DNA from: Octopus bimaculoides
Taxonomy: Eukaryota
Direction of reading: 5' to 3'
DNA length: 64,000 nt
NCBI RefSeq assembly: GCF_001194135.2
Contig: NC_068990.1
Span: 43,774,697 to 43,838,696, forward strand
Both the position numbers and the translations under genes were made by a program. The notes below the pieces were generated by a model. It saw only the letters and a program-made list of their open reading frames with translations. It made no database searches and had not been told where the DNA came from. This document shows, piece by piece, positions 49,633 through 59,673 of the stretch (position 1 is its first letter; every line of letters begins with the position of its first letter).

Positions 49633-52599
49633 TGTTATATATCCTGGAGTTGGATAAATAGTTTAACGAAGCAGTGGAAAAGAAAGTATTCACATGACAC
49701 ACTATAATTATTGTTACACGAAGTTAAATGCTCTCTGCCAACTACTCAGAGCGAACTGCTTACAATGAACTGCTGATAATTCTTTATTTTATTGTAATAT
49801 GTCAGTCCACTTTTAGTCACGTGAGGGTAGCTACAATCTTTCCACAACATCTCCCCTTTTTAGAATAAGTTTCCTCAGCTTCTCCTCTTTTGAGAATTAA
49901 ACTCCATCCAGAGTTTTAATATCTTTTACGCTTAGAGTTCAATTCCAGTGTTTCTGTTCTTTTCTGTTTTCTGCTGTTATTGTTTGGGTGTTAGTACCTC
50001 AAATGTGTCGTACAATACTTCCATGGGGATTTCATTTCTTGTGACTGTTTTTTCCATGAATCTTTTTTTAATTTGATTAATATGTCTTTTATGTTTGACA
50101 TTTTTTTTTCTTTTACCAGGAATAACATTTTTCTAATTTGTTTAATAATTACACTGTCTTCCCAGCTTGCTTTACCGTATCTATAGGTTTAAAAAAAAAA
50201 ACTCTGTTACCTAACTTGAAGAATTCTGAAGATTTTTGTTGTTCCCCTTTTTTCTATTTTCACTCGGTATCAGCTTATCAAAGACAGATCTGACCTTTCT
50301 AGCAAACATCAGTTTTGCAGGTGACATTCCAGATGAGGTATTCAGATTGTTACTTGGTACACTCTGAGAAATTGTTGAAGTGCAAGGTTGTCCATTACTT
50401 CATTGTTCGCCTTTTTAAACACCCTCTTGAAAGCGTCAGCAAAACGCTTCACTTGTCCATTTGACTTAGGGTGATACAGTGGAATGGTGACATTCGATAA
50501 TGAACATCTTACAAAATTTTCTGAACTCATCTGAAGTAAATTGAGTTCCATTATCAGACACAATGGTGTCATATCTGGTGAACAATTCATGTAAAAAACA
50601 TACTGTAACCACAGATGTCAGCTTTTTACACTTGTGCACTTCAGGCCACTTTGAAAAACTGTCCATCACAACAAGGTAATATGAACCTTTAAGTGGACCA
50701 GCATAATGAACATGCAGTCTGGAACATGGAATATATATTTTTGGCCATGGTTGCTATTTAGTGGTAGGTGCTTTTGCAGCTAGGCCACACCCTCTGCATG
50801 CTTTCATTAGTTCTTCAGTGTCATGGTCCATTGTTGGCCAATATACATAACTTTTCTAATCTCTCTAACTCTAAGTTTATCAGTTCTAATGCTGTGAAAG
50901 GTACAGTCCGTTTTAGTTTAAATACCCATATGGTGTTTTCTTTTACTTCAATCTTTGCCTTTGTTTTGGTGCACAGACCTAATTAAATTGACAGAACTTC
51001 AGGAAAAAGCTTTTTTAAATTTTAAAAATTTGTCTGATAACTTACTTGTACTGGTAGAAAAACCATTCAAATATTTACAAAAAAGATTTATGGGGAGGTC
51101 CCATAAGTTAAATAATTCCATCCAGTTTGTTCCGAATAAATTTGTCATATTATTCAACACAAAATCTTAGACTTTTAAGGTTTTTCCATGAAATGTAATG
51201 TCTCTTATCATTTTGCCCTTAAAATGTAATTTTTTCCTAAAACACCACCTGCAATTTTTGAAGTTTCTTTTAACCTAGGTCTCCTGATTTTTTCCCCATA
51301 TTATCTGTATTAATTATTGAGATATCACTGCCTGTATCCAATTGTAACTTTTGATACACAAATTCTCTTTGAGGTTCGTTCATATTTCTTGTCACTGATA
51401 ACCTGTTTACATGATTTTTTTCTATTGAACTGTTTTTTAAGTCTTGTTTTACAGTATGATTTTTTATGACCTATCTTACCGCACTTGAAGCATTTTATAT
51501 TTTTAAACAGACAGTTACTTTTAAAATGTAGACCACTGCACCATAACATGGATTTGGTCTTGACATTTTTTCTCTTTTTTCTTATCCCTTACTGGTCAAC
51601 ACACCTGATTATGAGAGAAATTTTTTTCTTCAATTTTATGTGCATCATGTCTTAGATTTATAATTCTCTGGCATTCTGCTAATACCTGTAGAGTTAATGT
51701 TTGATCCTGTTATAATTTTGTTAATATCTAGGAATGTATATCTGCATCTTTGTTTGCAGTTAGCCCTTGAACAAAAATTAGATGCTTGAACATGTCTGGG
51801 GTTAATTCATTTAATTTTTCACACTCTCTGTTAACAACCTCAGCATGGGTGACGAAATCTTCATCTTTTTTGACTAAATTTAAACATTGCCAGCAAGTAT
51901 TGAATAGGGAGCTTCTTTCAGTGAAAATTTTCGATAAAAAATTGTTTCATCAAAACAGATTTCACCTGGTTTCTTCAGCAGAATATAGTTACTATGTTTT
52001 TCATGTTCAGCAGAGGATAACTTTCTTAAAAGTAGTCATACTTTTTTCTTGTCAGACCAATTTTTACATTCTTCTTTGAAAATTTCTTTGCATCTTCAAA
52101 AATATGCAGAGAAGGTAATACCTTCTGGAATATAACCGAATTCTTCAATTGAGTTTGCTATGCTATCTGGCAAGTATGAACCTGAAGTATTTTCAGACTT
52201 CTTCAACATTAATTCCAGTAACTGTTGGTTTTGTTGTTGCCGTTGCAACTTTACCTTGAAGGCCAATAAGTCCTCCACGTTAAACAATTTTTTGGGGGTT
52301 TTGAACCCCCCCCCCCCCCCCCAAANNNNNNNNNNNAAAAAATTTTCAAACATTCAACACAAGCTTCAAACAACTCATCACCACTTTTATATCCTGGAGT
52401 TGGATAAATAATTTAACAAAGCAGGGGGAAAGAAAATATTCACATGATGCTCTACGATTACTGTTACACGAGGTTAAATGCTCTCTGCCAACGGCTCACA
52501 GCGAACTGCTTACACTGAACTGCTGATAATTCTTTATTTTATAGCAATGTGTCAGTCCACTTTTAGTCAGATGGAGGTGGCTAGAATCCTTCCACAACA
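49633..52599 (-). mobile_element. Ty3/Gypsy LTR retrotransposon 2 (decayed gag, knuckles, integrase; large pol deletions)
   Basis: LTRs at 49633-49849 and 52385-52599. PPT AAAAAGGGGAGA; PBS-like GTGGTGATGAG. Integrase DSFSKWPEV...IVSDNGTQFTSDEFRKFC...YHPKSNGQVKRF; knuckles HFKSNC / CFKCGKIGHKKSYC. TSD unclear (gatt/aatt). Confidence 0.9.
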
Positions 52600-52654
52600 A
52601 ATTGAAACAGCTAAAGAATAACTATATGACATGAAGTTTTTTCCCTTTTTTCAG

Positions 52655-52903
52655 TTGTGGAATTTTGTGATGCAGGAAGAAGTAGTAGAATATCAACTTC
52701 CAGAAGAATGTCTACTAGGAGATATTCTAGAACTAGTTTAACAAGAAGTACACTCCGAACAAAATATGGTCAGTCAATTTCTTCTACCCGAAGCAAGATA
52801 TCAAGAATTGGTTGGAAGCATGCACTATTAGCTGGTGGTTTGTTGTACATAGGTTCTCAAATGTACATGAGTCGTCGTATGTACTATTCACATCCTTCCC
52901 GAA
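52655..52903 (+). CDS. Coding exon 2: end of signal peptide, basic R/S/T-rich region, hydrophobic patch WKHALLAGGLLYIG
   Basis: Polypyrimidine tract ttttttcccttttttcag|. 249-nt open exon (ORF 52657+). Donor A|GTAAGT at 52904. Phase 1-1. Confidence 0.9.
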
Positions 52904-53615
52904 GTAAGTATAAATAACTATTAATTCTTATCTATTACATGATTTGCATTTCATTTTTGGTATTTAATTCTTTTTTTAGAATAACCAACAACATTATGAA
53001 TTTCATTTCAGAACTAACCCCAAATAGTTCTAAATGACAAACAATATTTTCAGATATAGAAGAAATCAAACTCTGTATCATTTACAAAAGAATCAACTCT
53101 TCAACAAACATATCTTCCTACATCTGCTTTTTAGCCTGCATGCAATTCCTCATGGTGACTAAGAGATGAGTGCTTCTCTTTAAGGAATAAATTGTGTCCT
53201 TGCAGCTTTTTTTTTTTTCGTATAAATGTCATGTTTTCACTGTGATTCATCAATATTTAGTTTGAATTCTCTTTGTAGATTCATAGAACTACTAATACTT
53301 TGTAGAAACTGAATGTAGAAGAACATTATCATATTTATCAGTAATATATTATATGTATCTTATTTCTTCAAAAATTTCTTGAACAAGTTCTCTAGTTGTT
53401 TTCACCAGTAACTTTCATTAATCTTGAAAAAATATTCACTAGATAATGGCAATGGTAGATAGACAAGTAATTATTTCTGTGTCATATATCTAAACATATT
53501 CTGAGCAAATGACATATATTTAGACACTGTACAGAGATATTAGAAATACTTACAAACTTTCAATATTCAGAAAATTATCATATTTTGGTATGTCAAGTAA
53601 CAAAACTACCAACTT

Positions 53616-53649
53616 ACCTATCTTTCCCCTACTTAGGGGGAAGATAGGT
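53616..53649. repeat. 15-bp hairpin, 4-nt loop
   Basis: ACCTATCTTTCCCCT-actt-AGGGGGAAGATAGGT (one T-G pair). Confidence 0.85.
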
Positions 53650-54791
53650 CACTCTTAACATAGGCCAGGCTTTCCTACCCACTCCACTGCATGTGGATAT
53701 TTCGGACTGAGCCAGTGTTAATTCCCTCTGTAGCAAAATGAGCCCTTCTACTTAGTGTTATGGAAACACAGTTTTCCCCAGCCATCTTGGGCGATAACTT
53801 AAGTAATATCTCTATATTTGATCAAACAAACTGAAAGCATGTAATTTTTCTCACATAAACAAATCTGACATTGAATCAAAGACCTAAAGTGAACTGTGGA
53901 GCAAAATATACAGAGCAAAGAGATATTATGGGTATATTAACTATGTCTACTATTTATTATTAATGGCTGTTTATTTGTTATAAACTATTTTGTAAAATTG
54001 CCAGTTATCAATATCATGTAAAATAGATTTCAAGAAGCGCTTTTTCATCTCTTCTATTTTTCCTGGCAGTGCATACCAAGCTATCGTTAGTTCTAGCATG
54101 ATAAATTCCTCTTGTAGCTAAACTTTTGCTTACTTACGTAATTAGTCAGCTTCTTTCCAAGCAGCTTCAGATTACTACTGTAAGCTCTTTCCTCCTATGT
54201 GTATAATGGAGACAACTTCCATGTCCAGTAGCCTTCGAATGCCATTATGAATTCCAATGGTAGCTATAACTTAACCTCTTTCCTTCCTACATCATAAAGG
54301 GACATGGCCTCTCAGCTATAATAAAGTGACCCATCTAAGAAGTTGGGCACTCTGAACAAACCTAGCAGAAAAGGATTCTACTCTAATTGTATAAAGGATA
54401 AGTAGATCTCTCCCTGTGTAAACTGTAGCAAAGGCAACCTTTTTAGGAGAGCATTAACTCTGAATAAAAACTGATACTCAGTAATGAGAATTCTTTAGTC
54501 ATATAGATAATCTTTCAAGCATCATACTGTAAAGTGCTTGGTGATAGGAAGGGCATTCATCTATAAAAACCATTAAGTCATCAATTATGTTTGGCTCTGG
54601 TTTCAGTAATTTTAATTTTGAAATTATTGTTTAAAGTAATGTTTATTGCAACATCAGTATGACTGTTCAATGTTACTACTGTTTTTAACCCCAGGAAGAG
54701 CCTCCTCCAGCTGGTTATTGATGAAATCTGCAGCCTGTATATATTGCAAGCAGAGGAGTGAACCCCTACCAACTTCTAGCAGATGACAGGA

Positions 54792-54840
54792 TCACCAGAC
54801 TGAACGGTTTCGGGCTATTTGTGCCTGTCATCAGTGGTAA
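54792..54840 (-). ncRNA. Type I hammerhead-ribozyme-like motif, copy 1
   Basis: - strand: TTACCA CTGATGA C AGGC ACAAATA GCCC GAAAC CGTTCA GTC TGGTGA. It has a 6-bp stem I (one G-U), the core CUGAUGA, stem II (one A-C mismatch), GAAA, a 2-bp stem III and a GUC cleavage triplet. Confidence 0.7.
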
Positions 54841-55124
54841 ACACCCAGCTGCTAGAGATGACAAGAATTTGTTCCAGCTTGCAATATATAGAAAACTAGT
54901 GACAACCAAGCAAAGTAGCTAGTCAGAAAATCTCTATAAAAGAGGAAAGTAGTAACTACACTGAGAAGTAATGTTTATCGCCACATCAATATGACTGTTT
55001 GATGTTATTACAGTTATTAACCTTAGGAAGAGCCTCCTCCAAGCTGGTTATCAATGCAGTTTACACTCGGTACCTATTGCCAGCAGAGGAGCGAACCCCT
55101 ACCATCTTCTAGCAGACAAAGGGA

Positions 55125-55173
55125 TCATCAGAGCAGGCAGTTTTGGGCTATTTGTGCCCATCATCAGTGGTGA
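55125..55173 (-). ncRNA. Type I hammerhead-ribozyme-like motif, copy 2 (decayed)
   Basis: - strand: TCACCA CTGATGA T GGGC ACAAATA GCCC AAAAC TGCCTG CTC TGATGA. Stem II is perfect, but G12>A, G16.2>C and one stem I mismatch are present. Confidence 0.6.
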
Positions 55174-56542
55174 ACACTGAACTACATTGTTATTGGCAGA
55201 AAAATGCATGACAGTGAGGACTTACCCAAGCTAATGGGGGACAGAGATTCTTGATGTGGTGCTGTGAAATGCATTTCAGTTGTGACTGCTTAAAGAACAT
55301 ATAAAACAAACAAAAGAGAAAGGAATGAAGAATGAAAAAAGTATACAGAACATTGGAAATAAATTAAATGCCAACATAAAGTTGATAAGATTATTATCAG
55401 GAGCTTAAGTTGTGTACAATTAGTATCAGATCAAAGAAGATTCTTTAGTTATATGTTTCTCTGATAATAGTTTATTAGTAACTTTGCATCCTTCTCCCTA
55501 AATACTTCTCTCATGCTATTTATAAGTCAGATAATTATGCCAATTGTAATGTTTTCTTAAATTTTGGCTTATAAAGTGAACAAATTCATTACTTTTTCAA
55601 GTCTAGTTTCTTAAGCTTTTAGCATTTATACTTGTCACATCCAGCTCAAATATTCTAGCTGTTTTATGTTCCAACTGGCCACACCTACTCTACAATGTTA
55701 TTCTGAATATAAACAATTACTTCTTTGAAATCTTGAAGATATGAAAAAATGCATGGTTAATTCAAAACAATATGAATAGATAATGATTAAATTTGACAGA
55801 ATACTCCGAATGCTAAATGGCTACCTCGCTGCTAATCTATCTTTAAACCTGTTGGTTAGACTGTGCATAAGTGAGCTAAAGAGGTAACTGTCTAAGAAAG
55901 GTATTAGCTACTTCCTTTCTCTGTGTAAGAGATGGCTGTTGATAGGGACATGTAATATGTAACACTTTTGCATTCAGATTACTCTGTCTAATGTATGCTT
56001 ATTTATTCATATCAATTTGAATTACTTATGCATTATCCTGTAGCTCTGAGATGTCAACAATGTGATTGTTTATTTTAGAGTGATATTGTTGAGTTGGTGT
56101 GCGGAGCTGGGGCTGGTTGGTTTGATCATAAAGCAGGTAGAATATTTGGGCCAGCTATGGCTGGTTTGAATGCTAAAGGGATAAATTATGCATGTCATGT
56201 GGTTAAGAAGTTTGTTTTATAACCAGCTGGTTCCATGTTTGATCTTACAGTGTGACATGTTGGGCAAGTCTCTTTGCTGTATTTTAGCTTGACTAATTCC
56301 TTGTGATTGAAATTTGATAGACAAATGTGCTGAAGCCCATTGTAATATTATACATAATGTAATTGATGACTGGTAAAAAAGTTGCAGAATGTTTTAGTCT
56401 CATGATCTTGTCAAACTAATGTGCATTAGGAATAAATTAATGTGTATATAGTAATGAAGCCCACCTCTGGAAATTATGAAAAAAAGCACATATGGAGGGT
56501 GTAGGGTGAAACCTTGAATGAGGGTTTTTGATAAAATTTGAA

Positions 56543-56581
<39 letters not shown>

Positions 56582-56589
56582 TATATTAG

Positions 56590-56682
56590 AGTCTGGTGTA
56601 GCTATCTGGTTCGCCAGTTCCCAGTCAAATCGTCCAACCCATGCTAGCATGGAAAGTGGACATTAAATGATGATGATGATGA
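56590..56682 (+). mobile_element. Short RTE 3' terminus inserted after a (TA)n tract
   Basis: gtcaaatcgtccaacccatgctagcatggaaagtggacattaaatgatgatgatg. Confidence 0.8.
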
Positions 56683-56819
56683 GTATAGGAAAAATTAGGA
56701 ATATAAAAAAGGAAAAAACATAAAATTAATTTGGTGCGACTAATAAGAAATAAGAGTAACTCAGAAGTGTAACTAATAAGAGTAACTCAGAAATGATAAA
56801 ATAATAATTGTACTAATGG

Positions 56820-56858
56820 TGTAGAGAGGAGGAAAGGTAGGATTTCCTCCTCTCTACA
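56820..56858. repeat. Perfect 16-bp hairpin, 7-nt loop
   Basis: TGTAGAGAGGAGGAAA-ggtagga-TTTCCTCCTCTCTACA. Confidence 0.9.
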
Positions 56859-57747
56859 TAAAATAGTTTTTGTAATGGGTTTTTGTAATAGTTTTTGTAT
56901 ATGTGAATATAGGAGGTACAGGTAAAAAAGTTGTGTTTTTATATATCTTATAGTCAGAAGCCTGAAACATGAATCAGATTGATTTACTAGATCAGAGATA
57001 GGTACATGGGATTGTTAGAAAGGACTACAACAGAAACAAAAATAGGAGTATCATCTAAATGAAATGACTTAAAAATGAAAACAAGCTACATCAAAAACTT
57101 TAACCAATTTTTCCAATTGGATAATAAAACGAAAAGAAAACGTGAAATGAATAAAAACATATTCTTCAAGTTGCTACTGTTTTTTCCAGCATACAAGCCT
57201 AATTTTTTTTTACATCAAAATTTACAGCCAAATGAGGCAGGTTCACTTAAGCACCAAAATGACTTTGGAGGACCAAAAATTCTATGTGAAATGCAGCAGG
57301 ATTCGAAAAGATATTGACAATATTTGAATGTTTACGCTACTTACTATGTTAATTTGTATGCCAGAAAATATAGATATAATTCTATCACTAAACGCTATAA
57401 GAAGACTATGAGGACTATACTTGAATATATAGATTCTCAAACCTATCAAACAAGTGGCTATGTTTCCAGTTTATGGAGAATTTCAGACTGAATTCCCAAT
57501 ATAGTGGGAATTAGCAAACCTCATGTTAGAATCCAATAGCAGCTAGGAGAGAAAAAGGGAAAATAAGAAAAGAAAAAGAAAACACACTAGTCTATTCTAT
57601 GTTAATCTAATTATATTGATGACATTAAATTTATTTTCATGTCTTTTGAAGTACTTTTACTTATAATGTTGTATAACTTTCCTGTTAAAAAAAATGTTCA
57701 TCTTTTTTTTTTTTCTAATTTATGTTTTTATATTTTTTTATTTTTAG

Positions 57748-57895
57748 CACCCACCATTTGTTCCAACTATGTTGATGCTGATGAAAATGGTACAGTCTAT
57801 AAGATGTTTATATGCCCTAGACATTACGAAAGTGATAATCAAGTTCACTGTTGTGGACCAGAAGGACAACAGAGATGTTGTGCTGCAACTAAAAC
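57748..57895 (+). CDS. Coding exon 3: six-cysteine Shisa-like/CX module (C-x17-C-x11-CC-x7-CC)
   Basis: Acceptor tttttatttttag|. A+CA = Thr continues exon 2 in frame. Translation TPTICSNYVDADENGTVYKMFICPRHYESDNQVHCCGPEGQQRCCAATK. Donor AC|GTAATT at 57896, phase 2. Confidence 0.9.
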
Positions 57896-58429
57896 GTAAT
57901 TGCTATTTTCATTTCTCAGATGGTTTCAAGATAACTGTTCACTTTCCTCAATGTAGTACTTTAGAGGCAAAAGAGACTGTATGGTCAAGATTAGAATGCT
58001 TTTGATCATGTCTGCATAATCAAGGTTTTTACCTTGGGCTAATCTATAAAAACCAACCAGTTTTTACTTGTTATTATTATTATTATTATTATCATTATAT
58101 AACTGTTCAACATTTGGTAGGTTGAGACAAATTTCTACTGCATCACCTGCTACACCTCCATGTTGCTGGAGTGTGTGCATCATTGTGTGCTCTTTTCTGC
58201 TGTTGGGTGTGTACAAACTTTTCCCAGCACTATATTGTATTAGTTTTTTTTTCTCTTGAGATGTGGTACAGTCTTTTGTTGTGTTACTGCTTGTATTGTG
58301 TGTTGCATGTATAATGCATTGGTTATTTAGCTTGCTGGTGGAAGTTTATTTCACTGAGTAATTGCTGTATGTATTGTGTCTTGTGTTAGTGGATTGTTTT
58401 GTAACCCTCACTTCTCTTATACACTCATC

Positions 58430-59027
58430 GTCTGGAAGTTGTACTCCATTGCTGTCTACTTTTTACCCTGTCCTCAGTTCAATAACAGTGCATTTATCTA
58501 GACCAAATGCCAACTAGATGTTATGTGAGAAAATTCGAACAACCTGAATCAGGAACTAACCTTTGTTAGTTCCATAAAGCTCCAAATTATCCATAAACAG
58601 TGGGTGGTTAATTGGTCTCATGTTCTTCTGTAGTTTGTAACCAGTTCCCATCTTCTTCAAAACCATGGCGAGTCGTAACATACTAACAATAAACAGCAGG
58701 GGTGGCACAGTCTCCTTGAAAGATACCCCACTCTTGATGTTGACATAACCAGTTTCGTCTCCACTTGCTGATAGAATAGTCTTCCATTTCCTCTTACTAT
58801 TTTCGAATAAATATATATTTTTAGATTCATCAACCATCTCCAGGCATTTTAGATTCCACACGCAAGGAACCATTTCATATGCCTTCCTATAGTCCATCCA
58901 AGCCATTGATAACCTTGTCAACCTTCTTTGACGGTTCCTCAAAATTACCTTATCAATCAGCAACTGATCCTATGTTCCTCATGATCCCTTCTTGCAGCCT
59001 TTTTGTTCATTTAGCTAGCAGTTCATT
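58430..59027 (-). mobile_element. R4/Dong-type non-LTR retrotransposon RT fragment, pseudogenised
   Basis: EQKGCKKGS*GT*DQLLIDKVILRN...LSMAWMDYRKAYEMVP...INHPLFMDNLELYG...QVVRIFSHNI*LAFGLDKC; the motif style fits R4-clade RTs. Confidence 0.8.
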
Positions 59028-59094
59028 TTTGTCAAGATGGACATACAATTTCTTTCCCATTATTCCAGTTAGAAGCTTCCACATCACATGTAAA

Positions 59095-59673
59095 CAAGCA
59101 AGTCATCCTTCACCTTATTTCTGACCACCAGCCAAGTATACGTGTGGAGACAGCCAAAAGAAGCATTTGACCCAGATTGCCCTCTTCCAACTGTTAAACA
59201 TGGAGGAGGATCTGTGATGATCTGGGGGAGGCTATATCTTGGAAATCTGCCGGCCCAATGGTTTCCCTTCATGGCAGAATTAATAGTCAAGACTATTTAA
59301 GCATTTTTTCTGATCAAATTCAACCTATGGTTGCGGAACTGTTTCCGGAGGGAAACGCAATCTTTCAGGATGATAACAGACCAATTCACACTGCTAAAGT
59401 TGTTACTGAATGGCACAAGGAATATTCTAGTGAAGTTGAACATCTTATCTGGCCACCACAGTCCCCAGATCTCAGTATTATTGAACATTTATGGTACATT
59501 TTAGAAAAACAAGGAGTCGTTATCCTCCACCATCATCACTACAAGAACTGGAGACTGTTTTAGCTGAAAAATGGACAAAAATTCCTTTGGAAACAATTCA
59601 AACTTTGTATGAGTCCATACCGTGTAGAATTCAAGCTGTAATTACCGCCAAAGGCAGCCCTTCCCCATATTAA
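59095..59673 (+). mobile_element. Tc1-like transposase catalytic-domain fragment with 36 residues between second D and E
   Basis: VYVWRQPKEAF...TVKHGGGSVMIWG; FQDDNRPIHTAKVV...WPPQSPDLSIIEHLW; ESIPCRIQAVITAKGSPSPY*. Two frameshifts; no TIR seen. Confidence 0.88.

Larger units (their letters stand above)
1155..52654 (+). other. Intron 1 of the host gene, 51,500 nt as assembled (includes N-gaps), TE-filled
   Basis: GT-AG boundaries. Flanking exons are phase-compatible and together give a coherent signal peptide. I found no other convincing coding exon between them. Confidence 0.75.
54634..55177 (-). repeat. Direct repeat, ~210-bp arms (54634-54844 and 54966-55177), period 332-333 bp; retrozyme/Penelope-pLTR-like
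   Basis: Arms align visibly (aagtaatgtttat...aggaagagcctcctcc...gaacccctacc...gggctatttgtgcc...tcatcagtggt...acac). The ~120-nt spacer is unique. Confidence 0.9.

Noticed and set aside
57900-58005. Extension of exon 3 via ORF 57769..58005
   Set aside because: Different frame from the Cys domain; no recognisable protein features; the phase-2 donor at 57896 matches exon 4 exactly.
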